Source: Octopus bimaculoides
Lineage: Eukaryota
Direction: 5' to 3'
Length of the DNA: 64,000 nt
Assembly (NCBI RefSeq): GCF_001194135.2
Contig: NC_068989.1
Location: 3,709,406 to 3,773,405 of the forward strand
Shown: piece after piece, positions 12,221-24,445 of the stretch
How positions within the stretch are numbered: position 1 is the first letter of the stretch
How the letters are laid out: each line of letters starts with the position of its first letter
Program-made: the position numbers and the translations under genes
The notes under the pieces: model-generated
Told to the model about the DNA's origin: nothing
Databases searched by the model: none
Seen by the model: the letters and a program-made list of their open reading frames with translations, nothing else

Positions 12221-13419
12221 TTATCTCCGTAAGTAGTGTCCTTGTGAAAACTTTCGTGCTGTCACTTTTAATTGGCCAATTCATCGATTGTTTTTTGCAT
12301 TAATCGACTTTGTTATGATATCCAATTTCAATGGATTATTAAATTTGCTGTTACTTGACTGAACATTGATTGCGTCTCACGTCTCAACATTCTCGCACCT
12401 TCTTTGAATATTTTATCCAATGTCTCAAAATTGTGATCCTTCCATTTCTTTGATAATTTCATTAGTCGCATTCTATTTTCTGGTCGATCTAAATTTTAGC
12501 TCATTCTGCCGAGAGTTGTTGTTGCTATACGTCAACAGATATTTACACTGTTTCTTTTTCTGACTAGGTTTTTAAAATAAATTTATTTTGTTGTCTGCAT
12601 TTTATGCCAGACCAAGTTTTATCCGTTGAGCAAGTGACAATGCAATAACAATAGAACAACATACTCATCTTCAACAGATGCAAAAACATAAGTTGTATAC
12701 ACCCTCCCAATTCTACACTAGTTTTCTGTTCAGTAGTACTAAAACTCCTTCCAATAAAAATGTTGTGCTTTTCTAAAATATTTACCTCCATTAACAACTG
12801 TTCAGAAAGCTCCTGGTATTATACGATGATTCGTTTTGAACAAAGAAAGCGGAAAGAGATATAACGTTAATAACAAAAGAATGAAACATAGTAGAGAGAA
12901 ACGGGCTTAATTACTAACTGGATAAACGTGTCATGTTGCAATATTAGGGAGATGATAATGAAGTTTTGAAAATGCCGACTCTAACAGAACAATTTATATC
13001 GACCAGGAATCGATCTGGAAAAAATTCAAAACTGAATGACAATTTACAGATAAGAGATACAATAACCAAAACAGCGAAAAAACTAAACAATATTTGTGAC
13101 CCCAGACAGAGTCTGCCACACAGTCAATAGACACGGCAACATAATTGAAAAAACGAATAAGAATTTAGTGAAACCGGATATGGTAGCGAAAGTGATCAAG
13201 ACTGAAATTTTCTATTAAAATAACAATTCAGTGAAACCGGATAGAATAACGAAATCAATCAAAACCGGGGAAAAAAAAAATGAATTGGGAAATGTGAAAA
13301 GACAACAATGACAAAAATGCTGGATTTCTAAAATACTTTCCCAACGATATTTGTATTTTGCAACAATGCGAACGCATACATATACACACACACATATATA
13401 TATATACTTGCATGAATAT

Positions 13420-13570
13420 ATCAGTCGGGCTTCTTTACAGTTTCCATCTATTATGTTTCACTTATAAAGCATTTGTCAACTTCGAGGCTTCAACATGGTT
13501 GAGAACACTAAACCTTGCCGTCACAATGTGAAGCGAATATTTTCACCACATATCCATGGCTTCACCTGTA
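13420..13570 (-). mobile_element. SINE family B 5' half, decayed
   Basis: gtcgggcttctttacagtttccatct...aagcatttgtc matches the reverse complement of family B. Confidence 0.6.
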
Positions 13571-14508
13571 TTATATATTTGCGCATCACCTAACAGTTTG
13601 TCGTCGTACAATATAACTTGGTAAATCAAGTTGCCGTCGTCATTTAACCCGCGTCATATAAGAACTCTGACGAAAAGCGTTCAAAGCATCGCCATTCAGT
13701 CTGATTTTAAGTACACTGTGCATCAAATTGCATCAGCTTTCAGGTCGTAGGACGTGATATAAAGAAAATTTGGCTGCATGTGGCATCAGGTGTACAATAA
13801 TGTCGGAACTACATTAACAGAATGTATTTTATTCAATCATCTTAATGTTGCTCCCTCGTCTTGTAATTTACTTATGAGGAAGAGGGATTTGGGCACATCA
13901 CTGCAATTTGCCAAAATAGTCGTTTATTTCACAGACCTGCTCCGGCTCATTACTGTGATCGAGGTAGGAGAAACTGAGTAAAGTGTTTAGAACTAATGGC
14001 AAACGAATAACTCTAAGGAAAATGAAAAGAGAGGAGGTGGATGTCTTTGTAGAAGAACAGAAAGTGTTGGAGAGTAGCAGTGGAAGACATAAAATGAGAA
14101 AACAGTGTATAGTGAGATTAATGGCTGTATTGTGTTGGAAAAGCGAAAGTTTACTTCGTCTTATAAACAACTTTTAATGGCAGCTGCAAAGATTTCTGTT
14201 TAGGAGGCTATGTATAAACGTTCCTAAATATCACGTGTGTGATATCAGTAAAGCTTCTTATAATATATCGGAGAAATGTATGAACGTCACAGTTTCTCTT
14301 TTGTTTTATCCTTCTATAAATCTGTGGTCTTCTTTCTCAGATACAAATCAATAAGTTAACTATATTTATGAAATGCACAGCTGCTTGCAGTGCTGTGTAA
14401 AAATGGCTGCTACACAATTATTCTACTTATAAATCTTGTTGTCAAATAATATGTTCACAGTTTTACAGTCAATAGCAGCTGATAACGCTATGAACGGCTC
14501 TGCACAGT

Positions 14509-14540
<32 letters not shown>

Positions 14541-16277
14541 ATACATATACATATACATATGCATATATATATATATATATACATACATATATATATACAT
14601 ATGCACATATATATATATATATATACATAGGTACATATATATATACATATATACATATATATATGTATATATATATATANNNNNNNNNNNNNNNNNNNNN
14701 NNNNNNNNNNNNNNNNNNNNNNNNNNNNNNNNNNNNNNNNNNNNNNNNNNNNNNNNNNNNNNNNNNNNNNNNNNNNNNNNNNNNNNNNNNNNNNNNNNNN
14801 NNNNNNNNNNNNNNNNNNNNNNNNNNNNNNNNNNNNNNNNNNNNNNNNNNNNNNNNNNNNNNNNNNNNNNNNNNNNNNNNNNNNNNNNNNNNNNNNNNNN
14901 NNNNNNNNNNNNNNNNNNNNNNNNNNNNNNNNNNNNNNNNNNNNNNNNNNNNNNNNNNNNNNNNNNNNNNNNNNNNNNNNNNNNNNNNNNNNNNNNNNNN
15001 NNNNNNNNNNNNNNNNNNNNNNNNNNNNNNNNNNNNNNNNNNNNNNNNNNNNNNNNNATATATATATATGTATTTATGTAGATATAACTTAGACATAAGT
15101 ACATATGTATATATAATCATACATGTAGACATAGTTATATATGTATGCATGTGTGCCATAAATATCGCCATCCGTTAGACAAAAAATTTGTAGTTTGGAA
15201 TCAGTAGTTCTTTGACTGCTATTTCTAAAATTTCAGTATGTTGGAGAAGCAACTCTTGCTAATCCCTGTATATTTATGATTATATATAAATGTATACATA
15301 AATTCACACACCGATACGTACATATGGTGTGTACATACTTAAACACGCTCATATAAATACTATCACAACCATACCCACGCACACATACACACATACACAC
15401 ATACACACGTATATATGATAATAGTATTCTATCTGCAAATCTTGTCGACGTGTTAAAGTATTCTACCGACCTCGATTACTGTCAACATGTTGTCTCTATA
15501 TAATGGCTACAACATACGAAGCTGTTTAAACTCGGAAACACCTTCTCAACAAAATAATGTAGGAAGGAAGCATAAATTGATTCATAGCAAAAAATAAGGG
15601 AAGACAAGAAAAAAAAAAAATAAGATTGAAAAGACAAATCTATAGAAAGAAATGTATTGGAGTTATTTATTTTCAGAACGCAACTTCATCACACACCAAT
15701 CTTGACGTATACCAATTTCAGCTACGTTGGTTCCTGCAATTTTCAATTTCTCAATATTGCTAATATCTTCAAGGTGACCTGACTTTCTTGGCTTAGGGCT
15801 AATAAATATATCAGTACTTAGGTGGCGTTCTAGATCACCCTCTAGATTAAAACTTAAAGCCAAATCGCTTGATCGATAAACTATACTGATGGTAACACTT
15901 TATCGGCTTGCATTTCGGAAGTTCACTTTCGCTGTAGGCAATTCCTTCTGCCTCGTTGCCCTGTATTTTGCACGATCAAATATTTCAGTATGTCAAATCA
16001 TAAGATGTCTATAACATTTATATGAGAACGTGGAATAGAGGAACGGGTATCGGAAACATATCAAGGGGGCGGCTGCTTCATAAACTGCCGTCGGCATTTG
16101 CTTTCTGACCAGAACACTAACTTTAAATTTCTTTTTAGAAACTTCGAGAGATAAAAAATGAATCATTTTAACTGCGGAACGCGAAGCAGATAAAGCTATA
16201 GAGATAACGTGTAGAATAACTTATTCCTATTCAAGGTATTTCGAAACCTAATAATCCGATAGTAACTACAGTATTTT

Positions 16278-16520
16278 CAAAGCGGCGAGCTAGCAGAAAT
16301 GATAGAGTGGAATTTCAGTCCATGACATAAAGAACCGGACAAAATGCTTAGTGGCATCTCTTCCGGCTCTTTGCGTTATGAATTCAAATTTCGCCGAGGT
16401 TGACGTAGCAGGTTATAGTCTCGTGGTTCATAAAACAAGTACCAGTTCAATACTAGAATCGATATAATCGATTTACATCCTTCTCCAACATTGCTGGCCT
16501 CGTGCCAAAATTAGAAAGAA
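16278..16520 (+). mobile_element. SINE family A copy with a short insertion in the head
   Basis: aaagcggcgagctagcagaa...[extra sequence near 16305-16335]...ccggacaaaatgcttag...ttcaaatttcgccgagg...ggcctcgtgccaaaattagaaag. Confidence 0.85.
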
Positions 16521-16784
16521 TTGTTTATAGTTTTGTCTACTTTCAGTTAGACTACCAAAACGATATACCGCTAAACTTTGAAATAATTCAGTTGTAACGA
16601 AGCGGTGCAGTCTTGGAATATCTAACAGCTGGACATATAGTCAGCGATGCAAAATTAATCGGTAGTTCGTTGGCTCGCCGTTCCATCAATCTCTTTTATT
16701 CAGCTGCTAGATTAGAGAGACATATATGTACAAGAATCAATTGTTAAATGGTGGGAATGGGAGAAAAACAGCAACACAAACGCA

Positions 16785-17044
16785 TTTCCGGGTTCAGTTC
16801 CACTGCTTGGCAATTTGGGTAAGTGTCTTCTACTATAGACTTAGGCCGATCAAAGCCTTGTGAATGGGCTTGATAGATGGTAACTGAAACAAGCCTGTCG
16901 TATATACATACGTATACACGCGCGCGCGTGTGTGAGTGCGCACGCGCGCGTATACGTATGTATATACGACAGGCTTGTTTCAGTTACCATCTATCAAGCC
17001 CATTCACAAGGCTTTGATCGGCCTAAGTCTATAGTAGAAGACAC
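16785..17044. repeat. SINE-B 5' half with a perfect 95-bp inverted duplication (arms 16823-16917 and 16950-17044, 32-bp spacer)
   Basis: Base-by-base comparison: gtgtcttctactatagac...cgtatac versus gtatacg...gtctatagtagaagacac, no mismatch found. Confidence 0.95.
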
Positions 17045-17049
17045 ACGCA

Positions 17050-17355
17050 CACACAAGATTTACAGTATCATAAATCCGGTTTCGCAGTAAAGCGAACATT
17101 AGATAAAAGTACGGTTACGAATAACGTGTGGTAGAAAAGTATGGCGTCTGCATTGTAAGAATATGACGGCGTCTGGGTCCTTTGAAAATAGACGAAACGA
17201 ACTGACCAAGGGATTCATCGAGAGTTACCTTCCTTGGCCCCAAAGTTCTGTGAGAAAAACAATGCTTTCTTTTTATTTTATTTTCCTTAACACATTTCAC
17301 TCTTCTTTTCTTCTTGTCATAACTATCTATCTATCTGTCTGTCTGTCTGTTTGCC

Positions 17356-17404
<49 letters not shown>

Positions 17405-17662
17405 GCCTGTCCGTCCGTCCGTCTAGCTATCTAAATATCTATCTGTCTATTTCTCTATCTATTTCTCTCTCTGTCTCTCTCTCTCTCTCTGTCTCTCTCT
17501 ATATCTGTCTAGCTATCTATCTGTCTGTCTGCCTGTGTGTCTGTCTGTCTGCCTGTGTGTCTGTCTGTCTGCCTGTGTGTGTGTCTGTCTGTCTATCTAT
17601 CTAAATATGTCTGTCTGTTTCTCTCTCTCTCTCTCTCTCCATCTCTCTCTTTCTCTCTCTCT

Positions 17663-17712
<50 letters not shown>

Positions 17713-17745
17713 AGCTATTTATCTGTCTGTCTGCCTGTGTGTCTG

Positions 17746-17806
<61 letters not shown>

Positions 17807-18127
17807 NNNNNNNNNNNNNNNNCTGTCTATCTATCTAACTATCTGTTTGTCTGTCTGTCTATCTATCTATCTATATGTCTGTCTGTCTGTCTATCTGTCT
17901 GCTTGTCTGTCTATCTATCTGTCTATCTATCATTTTTGCATCTTTGTTTCAACTATTCTTTCCTTTTCAGCCTTATTTCCTTCCTTTTTCGTTTTAAATA
18001 TTCAACAGAAGGCAAATAGCACCTTATATATGTGTGTGTGTGTGTGTGTGTGAGTGTATGCGTGTGTGTGCGCTCAAAAATTTATCAATATATATATTTG
18101 TATATATATATATATACATAAGAAACA

Positions 18128-18176
<49 letters not shown>

Positions 18177-18460
18177 GATTTANNNNNNNNNNCACACAAG
18201 ATTTACAGTATCATAAATCCGGTTTCGCAGTAAAGCGAACATTAGATAAAAGTACGGTTACGTGTGGTACAAAAATATGGCGTCTGCATTGAAAGAATAT
18301 GACGGCGTCTGGGTCCTTTGAAAATAGACGAAACGAACTGCCCAAGGGATGCATCAAGAGTTACCTTCCTTGGCCCCAAAGTTCTGTGAGAAAAACAATG
18401 CTTTCTTTTTATTTTATTTTCCTTAACACATTTCACTCTTCCTTTCTTCTTGTCATAACT
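17050..18460 (+). repeat. Direct duplication of about 270 bp (17050-17324 and 18193-18460) separated by microsatellites and two N-gaps
   Basis: Manual alignment gives 7 substitutions and one 7-bp indel (aataacg). Confidence 0.9.
17325..17925. repeat. (TCTG)/(TCTA)/(TC) compound microsatellite
   Basis: Directly visible; a similar array follows the second copy at 18461-18707. Confidence 0.95.
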
Positions 18461-18465
18461 ATCTA

Positions 18466-18590
<125 letters not shown>

Positions 18591-18638
18591 AGCTATCTAT
18601 CTGTCTGTCTGCCTGTGTGTCTGTCTATCTATCTTTCT

Positions 18639-18707
<69 letters not shown>

Positions 18708-19649
18708 TTAGTCGATGTAGACTTACAGTACTAATGATTAAATAGACGAGAGAAGATAGGTTTGTGAGGCAGATGTTTTATATTTGAATCAATGGTGAAT
18801 AAGCGTGATTTTAAGTTCGGTTCACGGAAGGAATCATATTCTTTTATATATTCACATGGAATGTGTGAACATAACTGTATACGTGTGTATATGCGCTTCA
18901 CTCTCTCTCCATTCCTCTATCTCTCCCCTCCTTCTCTCCCCTTTCTTTTACTCTCTCTTTATCTCTGTATATATATGTGCGTGTGTGTGTGTGTACATAC
19001 ATATATATATACATACATGTATATATATATATATGAGAATGCGTGATGGATGAATGGATGGATACGTGAGTCTATGTATATATTTCTGTACACGCACATC
19101 CACATACACAAACACAGTCACACACATTCATACAAACACACGCGCACACACATTTGCGCACGCACATTCACATACACATTCCTTCTGATATGCGCATAAA
19201 ATATGCGCATATGCGCATATATATATGTATGTGTGTGTGTGTGTGTGTGTGTTTGCGTATTTATATAAATAGACTTTGTTTCTTTGTATTAAACATCTTC
19301 CTGATCTTTATCTGGAAACTATTCAACGAAACTGTTGTTACTCTGGAAATTTGCCATTCTTAAAATCTCTGCAAACCATCGCAACCATATTCTCACTCTC
19401 TCTCTCTCACTCACTCTCTCTCACTCTCTCACTCTCTCACTCTCTCACTCTCCCTCTCTCACTCACTCACTCTCTCTTGGCTTCATCTCAGCCACTTTCG
19501 ATTTTTCCCCGTCTCAGCCACACTTTTGCCATCTTCGTATTTGTATCTTTCAATCTTAAAATACGAAGAGATCTAACAATGATGATGATGATGATGATGG
19601 TGATGATAAAAGTAATAATGTTGAAAATAATAATCGCAATAATAATTTT

Positions 19650-19852
19650 CGCTCGTTTTGGCACAAGTCGAAGGGGTATGCCGATTACATATCCGCCGCT
19701 GGTTCACTGTTACTTATGTTATCTACCCAGAAAGGATGAAAGATAAGGCCTTGGCAGAATTTGAACTCTGAACGTAAAGAGCCGAAAGCTATACTGCTGA
19801 GCATTTTGTTCGACTGACTAACTATTTAGACTGCTCGCCACTTTGATAATGA
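19650..19852 (-). mobile_element. SINE family A copy (tandem pair, first)
   Basis: ttttggcacaag...aaggatgaaag...gaatttgaactctgaacg...ctgctcgcc. Confidence 0.85.
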
Positions 19853-19884
19853 TGATGATGATGTTGATGAAGATGATAGTAATC

Positions 19885-20100
19885 ATCATCCTTTCTACTG
19901 GAGGCACAAGGCCTCACATTTGTTGGGTGGGGACTAGTCGATTATATCGACCTCAGTGTTTCACTGGTACTTAATTTATCGACCCAGAAAGGATGAAAGG
20001 CAAAATCGACCTCGGCGGAATTTGAACACAGAACGTAGCGGTAGACGAAATGCCACTAAGCATTTCGCCCGGCGTGCTAACGTTTCTGCCAGCTCATCGC

Positions 20101-20102
<2 letters not shown>
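19885..20102 (-). mobile_element. SINE family A copy (tandem pair, second)
   Basis: Well conserved reverse complement of family A; both ends lie in (GAT)/(CAT) repeats. Confidence 0.92.
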
Positions 20103-20136
<34 letters not shown>

Positions 20137-20140
20137 AATG

Positions 20141-20182
<42 letters not shown>

Positions 20183-20270
20183 GTGGCGATGATAATGATG
20201 ATGATGACGACGACGATGACGCTGTTACTACTGCTGCTACTGATGATGATGATGATGATGATGATGATGT

Positions 20271-20302
<32 letters not shown>
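20102..20302. repeat. (GAT)/(AAT) trinucleotide array
   Basis: Directly visible. Confidence 0.95.
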
Positions 20303-20304
<2 letters not shown>

Positions 20305-20379
20305 ACAAAATCACAAAAAGAGAAGTCAGTAGTCATAGACCTACTACCTGTTTATTATTATTATGACCCCACGACAGAT

Positions 20380-20830
20380 GGAGTTCATAACTTTCCGAAG
20401 TTGGGGAACTGGTTACGAGAGGAGCAAAAGAACCAGGCTTGTCCATTGGACACTTTGCAACAAGTATGGTCTTGACAGAGAAAAACATTGGTACGACCAC
20501 AGACCCGAAGGCATCATTGAAAATAAAAATGCAAAGATCCTGTGGGATTCTACGATTCAGTGCGACCATGAGATAGAGAATAGGAAGCCGGACATAGTCT
20601 TCATTGAGAAAGAAAACATACTATGCTGGATCATAGATATAGAAAGAAAATTCGAGAGATATGATAGGTTAGCTAGGGAAGTTCAGCAGTTGTGGTCGAT
20701 GAATAAGGTAGCAGTAGTACCAATAATTGTCAGAGACCTGGGAACAGTGAGTAAAAATCTCGAGCAGTACCTGGAAAAAATAGGGGCTGCAATAAGGGTG
20801 GAGCACTTCACAGCTGGGATGGCAACTCGT
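20380..20830 (+). mobile_element. Non-LTR retrotransposon 3' fragment, R4/Dong-like restriction-like endonuclease domain
   Basis: ORF 20363-20869: VHWTLCNKYGL..WYDHRPEGIIENKNAKILWDSTIQCDHEIENRKPDIVFIEK..CWIIDI..K.ERY..LAREVQQLW..V.VVPIIV..LG.VSK, the PD..D..K..Y RLE signature following the zinc-knuckle region of R2-superfamily LINEs. Confidence 0.9.
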
Positions 20831-20939
20831 GCTCTTGTCCCATTCACATTTTGCTGCTTTGTCGTTTAGGGAGAACGCAGCCATCTTAGAAAATGATTGC
20901 TTGTCGTTGGAGTCGTTGCCACAACTTACTTTGCCATCT

Positions 20940-21095
20940 TTGTTATCGTTGTTGTTGTTGTTGCTGCTACCGTTGCTGTTGTTGTTGCTGCTACAGTCGT
21001 CGTTGCTGTTCTTGTTGTTGCAGCTGCTGATGTTGTTGTTGTTGTTGTTGCAGTTGATGTTGTTGCTTTTGCGGTTCTTGCTGCTGCTGTCACCG
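20940..21095. repeat. (GTT)/(GCT) trinucleotide array
   Basis: Directly visible. Confidence 0.9.
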
Positions 21096-21104
21096 CTGCT
21101 ATTC

Positions 21105-21455
21105 CTGTCATTAGACTGCGGCCATACTGGGGCACCACCTTGAAAGATTTTAGTCTAAGAAATCGACCCCAATAATAATATTCTATTTTCAAGCTTGGTG
21201 CTTATTCTATCGGTCACTTTTACAGAACCGCTAAGTTACAAGGACGTAATCACACGAATTGTTAAGCGGTGGTGAGGGACGCATAAAAGCTCACACAAAC
21301 ATGCATGCACACACACACTCACTCACACACACACACTCTCACAGACACACACATATACGGCCAGCATTTCAGGTTCCGTCACAAGGCCTTGGTCGGCCCA
21401 AGACTCTAGCGGAAGGTGCGACGCAGAGGGACTGAGCACGGAATTATGTGGCCAG
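21105..21455 (-). mobile_element. SINE family B copy
   Basis: gtcattagactgcggccatactggggcaccacc...gaaccgctaagttac...aaggccttggtcggccc...gcagagggactgagc. Confidence 0.88.
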
Positions 21456-21731
21456 TATTTATTTGAATTAAAGAATGCAAAACACGGCTGTTTCTCCTTT
21501 CAGCTTTTCCCCTGGTGAAAGCTTCTGTCTGAACCAATAGATTTTCCATTCCTCACGGCAAGTTCNNNNNNNNNNNNNNNNNNNNNNNNNNNNNNNNNNN
21601 NNNNNNNNNNNNNNNNNNNNNNNNNNNNNNNNNNNNNNNNNNNNNNNNNNNNNNNNNNNNNNNNNNNNNNNNNNNNNNNNNNNNNNNNNNNNNNNNNNNN
21701 NNNNNNNNNNNNNNNNNNNNNNNNNNNNNNN

Positions 21732-21805
<74 letters not shown>

Positions 21806-21815
21806 CACACACAAG

Positions 21816-21860
<45 letters not shown>

Positions 21861-22594
21861 ACACATATATATACGTACATTCACACAAACACATGCAGAC
21901 ATACATTATAATTGTAGCTATCTTTTTAAAAATGTTAATTTCTTGTTGAAATGAAATAATCTATTGAATACAGATAAAAAAAAGAGAGAATAACTAACTT
22001 TTAATAATCAATATTTTTTGCTATCTTGTACTAAAACGTATATTTAATTATACTGTCAGTATAATTTATCAATAATTCGGTCTGTAATCTGCACCATTCA
22101 CGCTGGACTTCAGTAAATAAAGTTTAATTGTTATGTCTGGTTTTGAGTTTGTTTCGAGATATTTGGATGTTTTGCTGAAGCAAAATTTCGATCAATATTC
22201 TCTCCAAACTTCTTGGAATAATTTTCAACTAAATCGGACACCTGAACCAAGGGAACTTTCTCGTTTTAAAGGACATGAAATAACGAAGCTCTTTCGCCGT
22301 TTTACACTGGCAAGGACAGTTTTACGCAGCAAAGGACAGTTTGCATATGAATTGAACACCTTGGCCCTCTTCTCGCAGAGTTCCACCATCTTTAATAGAG
22401 AGTTTCTCACAGAAACGTCAACAACATGCTCTGTAGCGATGGTTCCCAAACTTTTCGGGTTGCCACGCCATTGAAACCCAGGCCAGATTCCTGGCGCCCC
22501 ACAAGATACACTCTCTTCCTGATGATCTCCTATACAGTTCCAAAACAGCTGGGCTCTCTTCCCTCAGAGAAGCCCTGGATGGAAAGCTCTCAGC

Positions 22595-23010
22595 ATACAA
22601 AAAAAGACCGTGCATAGGTATATATAGAGGTCAGCTGCTCTGCAGATATAAATCAAACAAAAATCAAACAAAAATCAAATTAAACGAAAAGGATATCTAT
22701 GAACAACTGCTTCGAAACCTCCAGCTTCTATATCCAGACTATGAATTCATATTCATACCGATAATAATTGGAGCCCTAGGTTTTGTTAGTAAATGCTTAA
22801 AGAAGAATATGGATAAACTGAGATTTTCAGGAAGAGAAATTGACCGGCTGATTCGTACATTGCAAGTCCAATCTGTGAGTGGAACAGTAAAAATATGCAA
22901 GACTTTTCTCAAGTTCCAAATGTGAATTTGTTTGTGTTAAATACATCCCAAGGGTGGAGCTTTGTATCTTTGCTGGAAACCGGATCCCTCCTCAGCGGAA
23001 GATTTATAAT
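22595..23010 (+). mobile_element. RLE-type LINE (R2 superfamily) 3' end: endonuclease C-terminus, stop at 22923-22925, putative 3' UTR
   Basis: IEVSCSADIN (from 22624), an 11-bp tandem duplication (aatcaaacaaa), then NEKDIYEQLLRNLQLLYPDYEFIFIPIIIGALGFVSKCLKKNMDKLRFSGREIDRLIRTLQVQSVSGTVKICKTFLKFQM*. Absent from the ORF track because no start codon lies far enough upstream. Confidence 0.85.
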
Positions 23011-23538
23011 AATTAAAAAATGAAGGAGACATACGTACATACATACACTCATACTATTCGCAATTATAAATATTCGTATAAATACATACATACATACATG
23101 AATGCAAACATACATGCATACATACATATATACGTATATACGTAAAATATTTCATATAACTGAATTACGCGTCCCTCTGTTGTTTGTCAACGTTAGTTTA
23201 ATTTATAATTTACATACACTTATAATCGTGTGTATATATATATATATATATATATACATATATATATAAATGCATAATACATATTCACACACTGATTGTG
23301 TATGTACATAGGCACGGACACACAGCTTCTCTCCCCATACAGTCAGACCACCATTAGTGACGAATCTAACCATGTGCTTCTGAATGGCAGTTCAATTAAA
23401 TGACTTCGATTAGTCATTTAACTACAAAGTATCTTACTTTCCATTCTGACACTTGCAGACGTTCGATTCTACACGCGCTTATACACCTACATGTATGCAT
23501 TCACACATACACACACGCACTCTCTTTCTTTCTCTCTC

Positions 23539-23575
<37 letters not shown>

Positions 23576-24211
23576 TACATACACACGCTTACATACACAC
23601 AAGCAAATATAAACATCCACAATATATAAATTCTTACAAGCACATACATATAACCACACGCATATCCATACACGTATGCACACATATCCAAAGAGACACG
23701 GTTATTGTTATAGAATTAATAGCATTTTTCTTTTAGAAGCCAGCAGGCTACGATAATTCTTTATATTTGTTCGACATTGTTTTGTTGATAACATTAACAG
23801 TGAGTCTTCTCACTCACAAACCCGTCCTTTTTGTTCTGTACAGTTGAACTTCTGTCAATGCAAGTCCCGTGGGGTTTAATTTGTACATGATGTAACGACA
23901 TCAATGAGCATCGGTTTTTGCGTGGGTGCCTGGAAATACCGCACTGCTAATATATATANNNNNNNNNNNNNNNNNNNNNNNNNNNNNNNNNNNNNNNNNN
24001 NNNNNNNNNNNNNNNNNNNNNNNNNNNNNNNNNNNNNNNNNNNNNNNNNNNNNNNNNNNNNNNNNNNNNNNNNNNNNNNNNNNNNNNNNNNNNNNNNNNA
24101 TATATATATATATATATATATACATATGTGTGTATATATATGTATATATATGTATAGATCATTGGGTGTGGTGTAAATATGTATATATGTATGTATGTAT
24201 ATGTATATCGT

Positions 24212-24445
24212 GACACTCCGTCGGTTACGACGACGCGGTTACCAGTTGATCCGATCAACGGAATAGCCTGCTCGTCAAATTAACGTGCGTGCAAATGGCT
24301 GAGCTCAGACACGTGTACCTTTAATGTAGTTCTCGGGGAGATTCAGCGTGACTCAGCGTGTGACAAGGGTGGCCCCTTGAAATACAGGTACAACAGAAAC
24401 ACGAAGAAAGTGTGAGGGGAAGTCGTGGTGAAAGAGTACAGCAGG
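24212..24445 (-). mobile_element. SINE family C, 3' part
   Basis: actccgtcggttacgacgac...gatccgatcaacgg...gacacgtgtacc..ggcccc..ttgaaatacaggtac, shared with 27646 and 35135. Confidence 0.88.

Noticed and set aside
12250-12800. Protein-like minus-strand stretches (MRLMKLSKKWKDHNFETLDKIF...)
   Set aside because: Short, stop-interrupted, no recognisable motif; perhaps an old transposon.
13168-13270. Two agtgaaaccggata direct repeats about 62 bp apart
   Set aside because: Only two short units with decayed similarity; a local duplication, not an array.
13778-14177. Adjacent ORFs with a vague RT-like LQFAK
   Set aside because: No YADD/FADD or other RT motif; similarity not convincing.
15663-15863. 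66-aa minus ORF with ordinary composition
   Set aside because: TTG start, upstream stop, no family or splice support.
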